DNA of 64,000 nucleotides from a virus (lineage: Duplodnaviria; Caudoviricetes), in the IMG/VR virus record IMGVR_UViG_3300023119_000004, one strand, 5' to 3'. The position numbers and the translations under genes are program-made. The notes under the pieces are model-generated. The model was given only the letters and a program-made list of their open reading frames with translations, ran no database searches and was not told where the DNA came from. Positions 1-11,209 of the stretch are shown here, piece after piece (positions within the stretch are counted from its first letter, which is position 1; each line of letters starts with the position of its first letter).

Positions 1-8
1 GCGCACTT

Positions 9-3000
9 TTGAGTCCTTTAGCAAGTAACTATTCAAAAGAATTTACAGCAACTAATTCTAAGTTTCCATTTACATTTGGTGATATGGCACCAACAGAAAA
101 TGCTTGGCGTAGAAGTTCAGAATATCCTTTTGCATTACTAACTGCTTGGTTAGTAACTCAACCTAGTAAGATTATGGGGTTAGGTTGGGATAGAAGTAGA
201 ATTATTCGTAACAATGCAGGATTAATTGTTTATAAAGATACTTTAAAAGCATTGCGTTTACAAGACATTGTATTTCCTAACACAGTAGAAGATACAACAC
301 GTACATATACAGCAGGATTTGTAAATTATATTGCTGATTATATGAATTCAAAAACAGTTAATGTTTATTCGCAGTATAAAGAAAACTTAACATCTATATC
401 AAATCAATTAGGATTTAAAATTGGTGGATTTACTTCAAAGAATAAATTTAGATTAGTACTTGACAGTAGAACACCTTACAACCAAGGTAACGTATTTGTT
501 CCAGAAGAAAACTATGATGTATTTTTAAATTCAAGTTCACCTGTTGAAGTTGTAAGTTACAGTGGTGTTATTATTGAGAAGAAAACAAATGGATTTGTAA
601 TTCGTGGATACGATAAAACAGCACCATACTTTAAATATTATACTCCGGTTGTACTAGCAAACGATCCTTTAATTAATGTAGGCGGTATTTCAGAATCATT
701 TGTTGAATGGACAGCAAATAAAACATACGCACAAGGTGCTATTGTTAGATTTGGATCTGAGTTTTATGCAACTAAAGAATCACATCAAAGTACAGACGGA
801 TTTGATCAAAGCAAGTTTCAAAAGTTAGTAGACCTTCCTGTTAAAGGCGGACGTTCTGCATACTTTAGACGTAACTTTAATAAAGAAATTAATAGCGAGC
901 CGTTAGAACTTGCGTATGGTACTACCTTGAGAACAGTTCAAGAGGTTGTTGATTTCTTATTAGGATACGGAAATTATTTAGAAACAGTTGGATTTGATTT
1001 TAATAATTTTAATGCAGACATTAATCTTGTTGAAAACTGGTCAACAAGTGCAAGAGAATTTATGTTCTGGACAACACAAGGTTGGAAAGAAAATAGTGTT
1101 ATTACGTTATCGCCTGGAGCAAATAGATTAGAACTAAGTTCGAAATATATTATAGCAGACAATGTGTTTGATGATTTCTATGATTATTCAATATTAAAAT
1201 CTGATGGTAAAAAACTATTACAAGAATATGTAAAAGTATTTAGAGATAGAGATAATAACTTTACAGTACAAGTTAGAAATACTGCTGATGGTATATTTGC
1301 AATTAAAATTCCTTTATTGCAAAAAGAACACGTTTGTATTATTGACAACGAAACAGTTTTCAAAGACATTGTGTATGACCAGCCAGCAGGATACAGACAA
1401 GAACGCATTAAGGTTTTAGGGTATAGAACAGATGACTGGACAGGTGGCTTAAACATTCCAGGATTTGTGTACGACGAAGCAAGAACAACACAATGGGCTT
1501 CTTGGCAAGATTATTCAATCGGCGATACTGTAAAATATAAAGAATTTTATTATGTTGCTAAAAATAAAATTCCTGGAACAAACGTTTTTAATAATGATGA
1601 CTGGCAAAAACTAGAAGAAAGACCAGAGTCTGGACTTATTGCTAACTTAGATTATAAAGCAAAACAGTTTGGCGATTTTTACGATCTAGATACAGACAAC
1701 TTCGACTCAGATACCCAACGGGTTGCACAACACTTAATTGGTTATCAAAAACGACAGTATCTAGAAAACATCATTCAAGATGATGTATCTCAGTATAAGT
1801 TTTATCAAGGATTTATTCAAGATAAAGGAACACAAAATAGTTTAACAAAATTATTTGATGCATTATCAAATACAAACGAAGATAGTTTAGAGTTTTTTGA
1901 AGAATGGGCAATTCGTTTAGGACAATACGGCTCAAGTGATTCATTTGAAGAAGTTGAATTTACTTTAGACGAATCTAAGTTTAGATTAAGTCCACAGCCT
2001 GTTGAACTTGTTGATACTATTGATGGAACAGAAACAGACCTAATTTATAGACAAAGACCGTTTGAAGTTTACTTAAAACCAAATGATTATAATCATAAAC
2101 CGTTTCCAACAAATACTAATGTAAAATATGTTTATGATACAGCAGGATACGTTAATGCTGATGATGTTAAAATTAGTTTAGCAAATTATGATGATATTTT
2201 AACACAGTCGGTTAACGATTATAATGTTGACGATTATTTATGGATTGGTAAAAAAGGTTTAAGTTGGACAGTTTTAAAATACGTTAGAACAGACGACAGG
2301 GTTGAAAGTGTTACCAAAGATGGTGACTTAGTACGTATTAAACTAGAAGGCCAAGCACGTTATGAAGATAATGAAATTATCGGATTGCTTAATGTTGAAG
2401 GCGCAGAAAAATTCTTCAAAGTTAAAACAGTAGAGTTACAAGACATTATTTGTTACGATAATGGCGAAACATCTGATGTTGAAGAAACTAGTGGATTTGT
2501 AACTAGATTTAATACTGCAAGAACAGCCAACTTTGATAGTGCTAATCTTTTACTATCAAATCAAAATTTAAAAGTAGGTGAAACACTTTGGATTGATGAA
2601 GATAGCAAAGGAGATTGGACAGTATTAAAGAATACTCCAACCTTTGAACAACAACAAATTCTAAGTAATGTTAGATCGTCAGATCAATCAGTTGAGTTTG
2701 GTAAAGTTATCAGTGTTGACGAACGTAATAATACACTTGTAATTTCATCACCTGAAAACGAAAGTGTACATATCTTTAAACGTTTTACAGATACAGTTGA
2801 GTATAATCATATACAAACTATTAGTCCACCAGTTGGGTTATATTCAGGTAATGGTAAATTTGGTAAGAGCGTTACAATTAGTTCGGATTCAGAATTTATT
2901 GTAGTTGGTGCTCCTGAAGCCTCTAATGTTAAAACAAAATTTGTTGAACCATATTCACAAGGATCGGTTTACGAACCTAAAGATATAGTTTCTTATCAAG

Positions 3001-6000
3001 AGCAACTATGGCAAGCAAACTACAGAGTTGAAGCCGCACTAGGAACTTATCAATTTGGTGGATTCTATACAACACATGATATTGAAGTAGCATCATTTGA
3101 TGCTGATACAAATAGTTATCCTGAAACAATTTATGCTATCAGAGGTAATTATAAATTTGATGGCGCAACTGATCATATGTTAATTAGAGCACCGGTTGCT
3201 CAGTACATTGGTTCGGCAGTCGGTGACACAATTAATTTACAATGGAATCAATACTCTCAAAATTATCCAAACGGCATTTTACCATTTGGACCAACTGGAC
3301 CGGGCGTTGCAGAGTTCGAAGGTAATAAAGTTATCGCAGGTAAGATTGATACACTTTTATTTGTTGAAAACTTAATTAGGTTCCCACAAGTAGGTGATGT
3401 TATTTCAACAGAAACTGCTATTGGTACAGTACAAGATATTATCATTGACAATGTTAACCAAGGTTTAATTTATATCTCCGACCAGAACGGTCAGTTTGAA
3501 ACAACCGGTACACTTATCTATAACGGTCAGAGTATGGGTACATATGAAACTGTTGAGTTTGAAAATTCAAGTGATCATTTTGCAGGCTGGTGGAGAGTTA
3601 ATAATCTAACACCGTTTATTACAGCAACTAAAGAAGTTACTACTCCTAACTTTGTTATTGCAGACTATATTACAGCAAGTGAAAGTAAATCACCAGAGTT
3701 GTATGGTAATACCATGGACGATGTATATCAAGTTAATCAAGATTTACAAAATCCGACCAGAGGCGGTAAGATTGGTATTTTAAGTTACTATGATAAACAA
3801 GGATTGCCAGAAACTTCACCATATTGGTTTGTTAGAGCACCTAAAATAATTACAGATACTTTAAACACTAGTGATACGTTTACTATGAAAGTAAACAGAG
3901 TTAAAGGTGGCGATCCGTTAACAGTATTTGATCCCTCTGCGTTAGGGTTAACTTTTGATTATCTTGACCAACCTCACACAGTTTATGATCTATGGGACGG
4001 ATATATTGATGTAACGTGGACAAACTTTACACCACCTCCTATTCAAGTACCATATGTTCCGCAAGAAGGCGAAACAGTAATTGAAGAATCAACAGGCGCA
4101 ACAGCAGAAGTTGCATTTGTGCAAGAAGCATTACTTGGTGCAAGAATTTATGTTAAGAATTTATCAGGAACATTTAGTTACGGTAATAACAATAATGCTG
4201 TTGGATATCTTTCAATTGTAACAGGGCAAGGATTTAATAGATTATCTGGACGTATTGATACTACAGATTTAACTACAAATTATTTAGGAAAATATATTGT
4301 TGTAAGAAACAATGATAGTACGTTACTTCCTGTAACTACTCCAACATTTAAAAATGAAATTGAAATACAATTTTATAAGAGTAGATCAGTAACAGGCGTA
4401 CCAAGACCAGCAAACATTCCTAATCCGTTAAACAGAGATTGGACCCAAGTTAATAACTTAAAACTAGATGCTGATGGTAATGATAGTGGATACACCAAAG
4501 AAGGTGCTTACTTTGTTTATACCAAAACCGGTGGCGGCGAATACAAACTTAGATTTGGATATTCAAACCTTGGAAGACACGACAATGCATTCTTAGGAAA
4601 TCAAATATCAATTAACAAAAAAGGTGATTTGTATAGATTATTTGTTGCGGCACCAGGTGACGGAACTCCGTCAAACCCAGGTAGAATTCACTTTGTTAAA
4701 AAAGGTGTAGAAGACAATATAACTTACGACTGGGATATTGCACAAGACAGAAAATACAAAGGTGTGTTTGATAATACAGTTGCTTACTACACAGATGATA
4801 TTGTTGTGTATGATGGAAGTTTTTACAAGAGTACTACAAACCAAGTTGCAGGTAATTTCTTAATTGCTAACTGGGATCTATTAGATACACACATTGATTA
4901 TTTAGGCTATGTTCCAAACGACACAGCAACAAATGTTACAGGTGACGGGTCGTTTAACACTTTTGATAGCACAAGCACACTTATTAATTTTGCACATCCG
5001 TTTACTGTAAGTTTAGATGGAGATGTAATTGCTACGGTTGCAGACTATACAGATCAATTCCCTGCAATTGGAATTTATAGATATAATAACGGACACTATG
5101 AATACTATCAGACTATTGCAACACCTGATGCAGTTATTAGTACTTTCTTTGATAATCAAGAAACAGAATTTGATACTGGCGATACACAATTCCAAATTTC
5201 ATCACCAGATAGTAAATTTGCAAGTGCTTTAACACTAAGCGATGATGGTGAATACCTAGCAGTTGGTGCACCACTAGATGATGATAGAAGCAACGACAAT
5301 GGTAAAGTGTATGTTTACAAAAACGTTGAAAATTACTATCACTTACATCAAACAATTTATAGTCCAAACAATACTGTTGCAGAAAGATTTGGTCAAGCAA
5401 TTGACTTTACTGGAGATACTTTATTAGTATCTGCACAAGGTGGTGATTTACAAAGTACTACAACATTTGATGATATTACCACAACATTTGATAACAACCT
5501 AACACAGTTTACAAATATTAACAAAGACAGTGGACAAGTATTTGTATATCAACGTATCGATGAATTCTTATTGTATGCAGAAAAATTTGCATATCAGAAT
5601 CCAGAAGTAGAAAGATTTGGCGAGTTTATTCTTGCAAATGAAAATCATGTTTACGTTTCTATGCCAGAACTTTCAGTAACTGACGATAATCTAATTGGAA
5701 CAGTTATTGACTTTAAACGTAACCGCGACAGACTTCCTTGGACTATTGCTACACAGCCTAGTTTACAAGTTGACTTAAACAAATTTAAAGGTGTGTTCAT
5801 TTACACCAAAGACGGAAGCGGCATTTCAACCAAACTAGATTACATTGATCCTATCCAAGGAAAAATTGCTGGTCCTGCAGAAGAAGAACTAGCATTTAAA
5901 ACACCATTTGATCCGGCAACTTACACTTATGCAACTAATGGTAAAACTGTAGATACAGAAAATTACTGGGCAGAAGAAAAAGTAGGACGACTATGGTGGG

Positions 6001-9000
6001 ATATTAGCAAAGCAAAATGGATTGATCCATATCAAGGTAATATCATTTATAATTCAGCAAACTTTAATAAACTGTTTGTAGGATCAAGCATTGATGTTTA
6101 CGAATGGGTTGAAACAGATATTACACCTGAAAGATGGGACACACTTGCTGATACCGAAGTAGGCTTAGGCAGAGGCATTAGTGGTACGACAGCATACGGA
6201 ATGGAAGCGTATGTAACTAAACGCCTATATGATGATGTATCTAAATCATTCTACAACAAATATTATTACTGGGTTAAGAATAAAAAAGTTATTCCTGATT
6301 TAGAATTTAGAAAAACTAGTGCTTATGACGTTGCACAGTTAATTGAAGATCCAGCGGCGCTATCATATAAGTTTGTTGCAATTTACGGAAACAATAAATT
6401 TGGACTTTATAATTGTAAGAGTTTAGTTGAAGGTACTAATCGTGCTATTAATTTCCGTTATTGGACGATTGAAAACCAAGATATTAATTTACATAACGAA
6501 TATCAGTTAATTTCAGAAGGACTTAAAACAAGCAAACCTAATGCAGATATTGAACGCAAATGGGTTGACAGTTTAATTGGTACTGACGAAATGAACAGAC
6601 CGGTGCCTGATCCTCAATTGTCATTTAAACAAAAATACGGTGTATTAAACAGACCAAGACAGAGTATGTTTAAAAACAATAAAGAGGCTCTTAAACAAGT
6701 TATTGAAAGAATTAACAGAGTACTAGCAACACAACTTATTGTTGACGAGTTAGACTTTACACGTTTATTAGATAAAGATCAATTCCCTAGATTAGAAAGC
6801 GGTAAGTTTGACGTAGAGGTTGACACTGACAGTGAATTACAGTTTGTAGGTATTTCTAAATCTAAACCTGCTAAACTAACACCAGTATTTGAAAATGGAA
6901 AATTAGTTGATGTTATTATTAACGATCCGGGTGCTGGATATAAAACAATACCAACATATAACTTTGAACAGTTTGGAGATGGTAACGGTGCAAGAATAAC
7001 AATTGAATTAGATGCTAACGGAAGTATTTCTTCAGTAGCAGTTAGAAGTGCCGGTAAAGAATATTCTAGTTCAACTAATCTTTCAGTTAGACCATTTGCA
7101 GTTCTAGTTAAAGCGGATAGTACAGTTAATAACAAGTGGTCAATTTTTGATTATAATAATATTACCCAAGAGTGGGAAAGATCATCAACACAATCATACG
7201 ATGTATCTGAATGGTGGGATTATATTGATTGGTATGCTACTGGCTATAACCAATTTACACCTATAACATTTAATATTGACGAGTCTTATCAATTAACTAG
7301 TTTAGATACTGCTGTAGGCGATATTGTAAAAATTAATAACGTTGGTACAGGCGGTTGGTTACTGCTAGAAAAAACATCCGATACAGCAAGTGTTGATTAT
7401 ACTACAAATTATACTACAGTTGGTAGACAGGACGGAACTATTAAGTTTAGATCTTCACTTTACGATCCTGCAACAAGTAATGTTGGTTTTGACGGATTAA
7501 GTTATGACACTCAATTCTATGACAATCAACCAACACTTGAATTAAGAATTATTTTTGAAGCAGTTAAAGAAGATTTATTTGTAGGAACGATTGAAGCAGA
7601 ATATAACAAACTATTCTTAGCAAGTGTTAGATATGCATTTAGTGAGCAACTATTTGTTGACTGGGCATTTAAAACTTCGTTTATCAAAGCAAAACATAAT
7701 GCTGGCGATTTACAACAAAAAATTACATTCCAAAATGATAGTTTGCCTAGTTATGAAGACTTTGTTAAAGAAACTAAACCTTACAAAACTAAAATTAGAG
7801 AATATCTAAGTAACTACACTAAAACCGATGATTCAAACAGTACTGTTACTGATTTTGATGTACCGCCGACATATAGTGATATTACAGGACGTATTGAACC
7901 AACATCACTAAAAGTTAATAATGATCTAATTTTAGGAACAGATTTAACAACTACATATTATCCTAATAAACATTATATTGACAATGTAGGCTTTGAAGTA
8001 ACAAAAGTAAATGTTACAAATAAAGGTAAAGCATACACTGAAATTCCACAAGTAAGATTTATTGGCGGTGGCGGCACAGGTGCAACTGCTGAAGCAAAAC
8101 TAGGAACAGGCGGCGGCGTTGTAAGTATTGAAGTTACAAATCCAGGTAAAGGATATATTTCAGCACCATTGGTTGAGATCGACGGTAGTTTAAATGTTGA
8201 CTCGGGGATCCAAGCAACAGCATCTAGTGTTATTGGTAATAGTAAAATACGAAGTGTACACTTAAGAACTAAATTTGATAGAGTATCTGGAACATTCTTA
8301 GTTACTACACTAAATGAGAGTGAAACTTTTGCAGGTAACAACAGTTTAACAGATTTTGATCTTAAGTTTCCAATGAACTTATTATCAACACAATACAGTA
8401 TTACAGTTAATGGCTTAGAAGTTCTTAAGAGCGACTATAGTGTATCGAATATTGAATACAATGATAAGTCATATACTAGATACAGAGGTAGAATTTCGTT
8501 TGAAAGTCCGCCAGCAGATAATTCAGTTATTGTTGTAACATACAACAAATCAATTGATATGTTACAAGCACAAGATAGAATTAACTTATTCTATAATCCA
8601 GTAACTGGTCAAATTGGTAAAGATATTGCACAGTTAATGCCAGGTGTTGATTACGGTGGTGTCCAAGTTAAGTCGTTTAACTTCGGTACAGGTACTGGTT
8701 GGGGTAACGAGCCGTTCTACACAACATCATGGGATTCATATGATTCTACATACGAAGATGAAGTATTCCAATTAGATGGTAGCACAATATCGTTAACACT
8801 TTCACAACCATTAGAAGAAGGTGTAGAATATAATGTTTATTATAAAGATGCATTGAAAGGCGGATATGTAAGACTAGATCATCCAGACTATGACGGTAGT
8901 ACTGTTGAAGCAAATCCAAAAGCAATTATGTTACCATTAATAGGTGACGGAGTACAAACAGAATTCTTAATTGACAATGACAAGTTGGTTACAAAAGCAG

Positions 9001-11189
9001 ACGATGTAATTATTATTAGAAAGTCTACAAGCGATGGATCATTTATTCCTGATCCAGAAGCGTATGATACATTACTAACAGGTGGCGACATGGCTTACTC
9101 GTCAGCAAAAGGTATTAATGCTGAAGAGATTATAATTGACGGTGACGATTTTGTTTCCGAGCATACATCACATGGTCCAGAAGAACTTGTTCCAGGGCAG
9201 ATTTTAGATTCAGTTAACATCAAAGTATTTGACAGAATTAATGACGGTAGTGGAGTAATCGAAAACTACAACTTTAAATTTGAAGGTAGTTACACATTCC
9301 CACTTAACAGTTATCCAGCAAGCCAAAAAGACATCTTTATTAAAGCAAATGGAACAATTTTAAGTGAAGATAAATGGAGTGTAAATTATCAAGATAAGAC
9401 AATCACGCTTTCAAATGTAACTCTTAATAACAATGATCCTGTTAACATTATAACAATGTCTACTAACGGTGAAAATATTTTAGATAGTGATACATTTGAA
9501 GGTGACGGAAGTACATCAGTATTTGTTACTAGTGTTCAGTTTAAACAAGGATTAAGTTTCTATGTTACTAAGAATGGTGAAGATGTTAACGCTGACTTAG
9601 CAGAAACCGATGATACATTTGATACATCAGGTCAAGCATTGTTAAGATTAAACATTGCACCTGACGTTGGTGACATTATTCAGTATGTAATTTACGATAG
9701 TGCGGCTAAGAGTTTCTCAAGTGTTACAACAGACACATTTACAGGTGACGGAGTAACAAAAGTGTTTACACTTGGACTTGCACCGTTTAATGACACTCCT
9801 TTACAACACAACACTATTGTTAAAGTTGGTAACAGAATTTTACGTGCAGGATATAACGAACAATTTACAATTAGTTCAGTAAGAGAATATCAGTTAAGAC
9901 CATATCAGTTCTCAACTGCTTCAATTCCAGCAGAAACTATTAGAGTTTATATTAATGATGTTGAACAAGAACAAAACGTAACTTGGCGCTGGAATAGATT
10001 TAACAGTTCGGTAGAATTATTTGTTGATACAGGCGAAGATGGCGATCAACTAGATGTATTCATTATTGACGATGGCGAGTATGACTTTGGATACATTGAT
10101 CCAGTTACAGCACAGTGGACATCAACACCAACAGAACTAAGGCTAGATGTTGCACCAGCAGTAGGCGAAACAATTACAGTATATCAATTTAGCAATCATG
10201 ATGTTCTTAAAGTTGAAAGAGAGATATTACAAGTTGTTGCTAGAAATGCTGTAACCATTGGCACAGGTGATTATACAGAATACCATCAATTAGCAAATGG
10301 AATCATTAAATTGCGTAAGCCTGCTATTGATACAAATTATGTTTGGATTTCAATTAACAATGAATTATTAACACCAAGTGTTGAATATAGCGTAATGGAA
10401 GACAAGCAAACAGTTAGACTAGCAATTGACGTTGATCAGAATGATAATATTGAAGTAATACACTTTAGTAACCCTGTTATTGTTCCAAAATTTGGATATA
10501 GTCAATTTAAAGATATGCTTAATAGAACGCACTTCAAGAGATTGGGCGACGATGTACAGTATGCACTTGCTAAAGATTTAAATTACTATGATACAAGTAT
10601 TAGTGTAACAAACTATGACAGTTTACCAGAACCTAACAAAGAAAGAAGTATTCCAGGTATTGTGTTTATTAACGGTGAACGTATTGAATACTATCTAAAA
10701 GAGGGCGGCCTTTTAAGACAACTTAGAAGAGGAACACTTGGAACTGGTATTGCACAGTTACATACATCAGGCTCAGCAGTACTTGATCAAAGTAACTTCC
10801 AAACTATTCCTTATAAGGATAGAACACTATCACAAACATATATTGCAGATGGATCAACAAATACAGTAGTATTAGACTTTATTCCAAAATCTGTAAACGA
10901 GTTTGAAGTGTTTGTTGCTGGCAAACGCCTACGTAAGAACGCTATATCGGTGTTTGACCCAACAGTAGACCTTGATAGTCCAGAAGGTGATGTAATATCA
11001 CCAGCAGAATTTAGTGTAGATGGAGTAACTTCGACTTTAGTCTTAGCAGATACTCCAGCAATAAATACTAGGATTGTAGTAATTAGACGTATTGGTAAAG
11101 CCTGGACAGACCCAGGAACACCACTACATAGACAAGAAAATGACATTGCTAGGTTCTTAAGAAACAAAGAGGTGGCGTTACCTAAATAA
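9..11189 (+). CDS. Giant virion structural protein (baseplate wedge/hub-like, >=3726 aa), 5'-truncated by the window edge
   Basis: Frame is open to the window start (no upstream stop). Contains seven FG-GAP-like blades (e.g. FASALTLSDDGEYLAVGAPLDD), four short aromatic CBM5/12-like repeats (WTANKTYAQGAIVRF), NPGKGY-type repeats typical of T4-like baseplate proteins, and repeated FxGDG beta modules. Lies directly upstream of fibre genes. Confidence 0.75.
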   Translation: MSPLASNYSKEFTATNSKFPFTFGDMAPTENAWRRSSEYPFALLTAWLVTQPSKIMGLGWDRSRIIRNNAGLIVYKDTLKALRLQDIVFPNTVEDTTRTYTAGFVNYIADYMNSKTVNVYSQYKENLTSISNQLGFKIGGFTSKNKFRLVLDSRTPYNQGNVFVPEENYDVFLNSSSPVEVVSYSGVIIEKKTNGFVIRGYDKTAPYFKYYTPVVLANDPLINVGGISESFVEWTANKTYAQGAIVRFGSEFYATKESHQSTDGFDQSKFQKLVDLPVKGGRSAYFRRNFNKEINSEPLELAYGTTLRTVQEVVDFLLGYGNYLETVGFDFNNFNADINLVENWSTSAREFMFWTTQGWKENSVITLSPGANRLELSSKYIIADNVFDDFYDYSILKSDGKKLLQEYVKVFRDRDNNFTVQVRNTADGIFAIKIPLLQKEHVCIIDNETVFKDIVYDQPAGYRQERIKVLGYRTDDWTGGLNIPGFVYDEARTTQWASWQDYSIGDTVKYKEFYYVAKNKIPGTNVFNNDDWQKLEERPESGLIANLDYKAKQFGDFYDLDTDNFDSDTQRVAQHLIGYQKRQYLENIIQDDVSQYKFYQGFIQDKGTQNSLTKLFDALSNTNEDSLEFFEEWAIRLGQYGSSDSFEEVEFTLDESKFRLSPQPVELVDTIDGTETDLIYRQRPFEVYLKPNDYNHKPFPTNTNVKYVYDTAGYVNADDVKISLANYDDILTQSVNDYNVDDYLWIGKKGLSWTVLKYVRTDDRVESVTKDGDLVRIKLEGQARYEDNEIIGLLNVEGAEKFFKVKTVELQDIICYDNGETSDVEETSGFVTRFNTARTANFDSANLLLSNQNLKVGETLWIDEDSKGDWTVLKNTPTFEQQQILSNVRSSDQSVEFGKVISVDERNNTLVISSPENESVHIFKRFTDTVEYNHIQTISPPVGLYSGNGKFGKSVTISSDSEFIVVGAPEASNVKTKFVEPYSQGSVYEPKDIVSYQEQLWQANYRVEAALGTYQFGGFYTTHDIEVASFDADTNSYPETIYAIRGNYKFDGATDHMLIRAPVAQYIGSAVGDTINLQWNQYSQNYPNGILPFGPTGPGVAEFEGNKVIAGKIDTLLFVENLIRFPQVGDVISTETAIGTVQDIIIDNVNQGLIYISDQNGQFETTGTLIYNGQSMGTYETVEFENSSDHFAGWWRVNNLTPFITATKEVTTPNFVIADYITASESKSPELYGNTMDDVYQVNQDLQNPTRGGKIGILSYYDKQGLPETSPYWFVRAPKIITDTLNTSDTFTMKVNRVKGGDPLTVFDPSALGLTFDYLDQPHTVYDLWDGYIDVTWTNFTPPPIQVPYVPQEGETVIEESTGATAEVAFVQEALLGARIYVKNLSGTFSYGNNNNAVGYLSIVTGQGFNRLSGRIDTTDLTTNYLGKYIVVRNNDSTLLPVTTPTFKNEIEIQFYKSRSVTGVPRPANIPNPLNRDWTQVNNLKLDADGNDSGYTKEGAYFVYTKTGGGEYKLRFGYSNLGRHDNAFLGNQISINKKGDLYRLFVAAPGDGTPSNPGRIHFVKKGVEDNITYDWDIAQDRKYKGVFDNTVAYYTDDIVVYDGSFYKSTTNQVAGNFLIANWDLLDTHIDYLGYVPNDTATNVTGDGSFNTFDSTSTLINFAHPFTVSLDGDVIATVADYTDQFPAIGIYRYNNGHYEYYQTIATPDAVISTFFDNQETEFDTGDTQFQISSPDSKFASALTLSDDGEYLAVGAPLDDDRSNDNGKVYVYKNVENYYHLHQTIYSPNNTVAERFGQAIDFTGDTLLVSAQGGDLQSTTTFDDITTTFDNNLTQFTNINKDSGQVFVYQRIDEFLLYAEKFAYQNPEVERFGEFILANENHVYVSMPELSVTDDNLIGTVIDFKRNRDRLPWTIATQPSLQVDLNKFKGVFIYTKDGSGISTKLDYIDPIQGKIAGPAEEELAFKTPFDPATYTYATNGKTVDTENYWAEEKVGRLWWDISKAKWIDPYQGNIIYNSANFNKLFVGSSIDVYEWVETDITPERWDTLADTEVGLGRGISGTTAYGMEAYVTKRLYDDVSKSFYNKYYYWVKNKKVIPDLEFRKTSAYDVAQLIEDPAALSYKFVAIYGNNKFGLYNCKSLVEGTNRAINFRYWTIENQDINLHNEYQLISEGLKTSKPNADIERKWVDSLIGTDEMNRPVPDPQLSFKQKYGVLNRPRQSMFKNNKEALKQVIERINRVLATQLIVDELDFTRLLDKDQFPRLESGKFDVEVDTDSELQFVGISKSKPAKLTPVFENGKLVDVIINDPGAGYKTIPTYNFEQFGDGNGARITIELDANGSISSVAVRSAGKEYSSSTNLSVRPFAVLVKADSTVNNKWSIFDYNNITQEWERSSTQSYDVSEWWDYIDWYATGYNQFTPITFNIDESYQLTSLDTAVGDIVKINNVGTGGWLLLEKTSDTASVDYTTNYTTVGRQDGTIKFRSSLYDPATSNVGFDGLSYDTQFYDNQPTLELRIIFEAVKEDLFVGTIEAEYNKLFLASVRYAFSEQLFVDWAFKTSFIKAKHNAGDLQQKITFQNDSLPSYEDFVKETKPYKTKIREYLSNYTKTDDSNSTVTDFDVPPTYSDITGRIEPTSLKVNNDLILGTDLTTTYYPNKHYIDNVGFEVTKVNVTNKGKAYTEIPQVRFIGGGGTGATAEAKLGTGGGVVSIEVTNPGKGYISAPLVEIDGSLNVDSGIQATASSVIGNSKIRSVHLRTKFDRVSGTFLVTTLNESETFAGNNSLTDFDLKFPMNLLSTQYSITVNGLEVLKSDYSVSNIEYNDKSYTRYRGRISFESPPADNSVIVVTYNKSIDMLQAQDRINLFYNPVTGQIGKDIAQLMPGVDYGGVQVKSFNFGTGTGWGNEPFYTTSWDSYDSTYEDEVFQLDGSTISLTLSQPLEEGVEYNVYYKDALKGGYVRLDHPDYDGSTVEANPKAIMLPLIGDGVQTEFLIDNDKLVTKADDVIIIRKSTSDGSFIPDPEAYDTLLTGGDMAYSSAKGINAEEIIIDGDDFVSEHTSHGPEELVPGQILDSVNIKVFDRINDGSGVIENYNFKFEGSYTFPLNSYPASQKDIFIKANGTILSEDKWSVNYQDKTITLSNVTLNNNDPVNIITMSTNGENILDSDTFEGDGSTSVFVTSVQFKQGLSFYVTKNGEDVNADLAETDDTFDTSGQALLRLNIAPDVGDIIQYVIYDSAAKSFSSVTTDTFTGDGVTKVFTLGLAPFNDTPLQHNTIVKVGNRILRAGYNEQFTISSVREYQLRPYQFSTASIPAETIRVYINDVEQEQNVTWRWNRFNSSVELFVDTGEDGDQLDVFIIDDGEYDFGYIDPVTAQWTSTPTELRLDVAPAVGETITVYQFSNHDVLKVEREILQVVARNAVTIGTGDYTEYHQLANGIIKLRKPAIDTNYVWISINNELLTPSVEYSVMEDKQTVRLAIDVDQNDNIEVIHFSNPVIVPKFGYSQFKDMLNRTHFKRLGDDVQYALAKDLNYYDTSISVTNYDSLPEPNKERSIPGIVFINGERIEYYLKEGGLLRQLRRGTLGTGIAQLHTSGSAVLDQSNFQTIPYKDRTLSQTYIADGSTNTVVLDFIPKSVNEFEVFVAGKRLRKNAISVFDPTVDLDSPEGDVISPAEFSVDGVTSTLVLADTPAINTRIVVIRRIGKAWTDPGTPLHRQENDIARFLRNKEVALPK

Positions 11190-11193
11190 ATAC
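11183..11193 (+). promoter_or_regulatory. T4-like late promoter motif (TAAATAAATAC)
   Basis: Tandem TAAATA at the end of the giant gene, ~20 nt upstream of the ATG at 11210. The same motif recurs upstream of many genes here. Confidence 0.6.
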
Positions 11194-11209
11194 AATGTAG
11201 GAAACAAAA

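Noticed and set aside
5455-5515. Short internal repeat ACAACATTTGAT x2 (TTTFDDITTTFD)
   Set aside because: It is a protein-level T-T-F-D repeat within the giant gene. It is too short and has too few copies to be a DNA repeat element.
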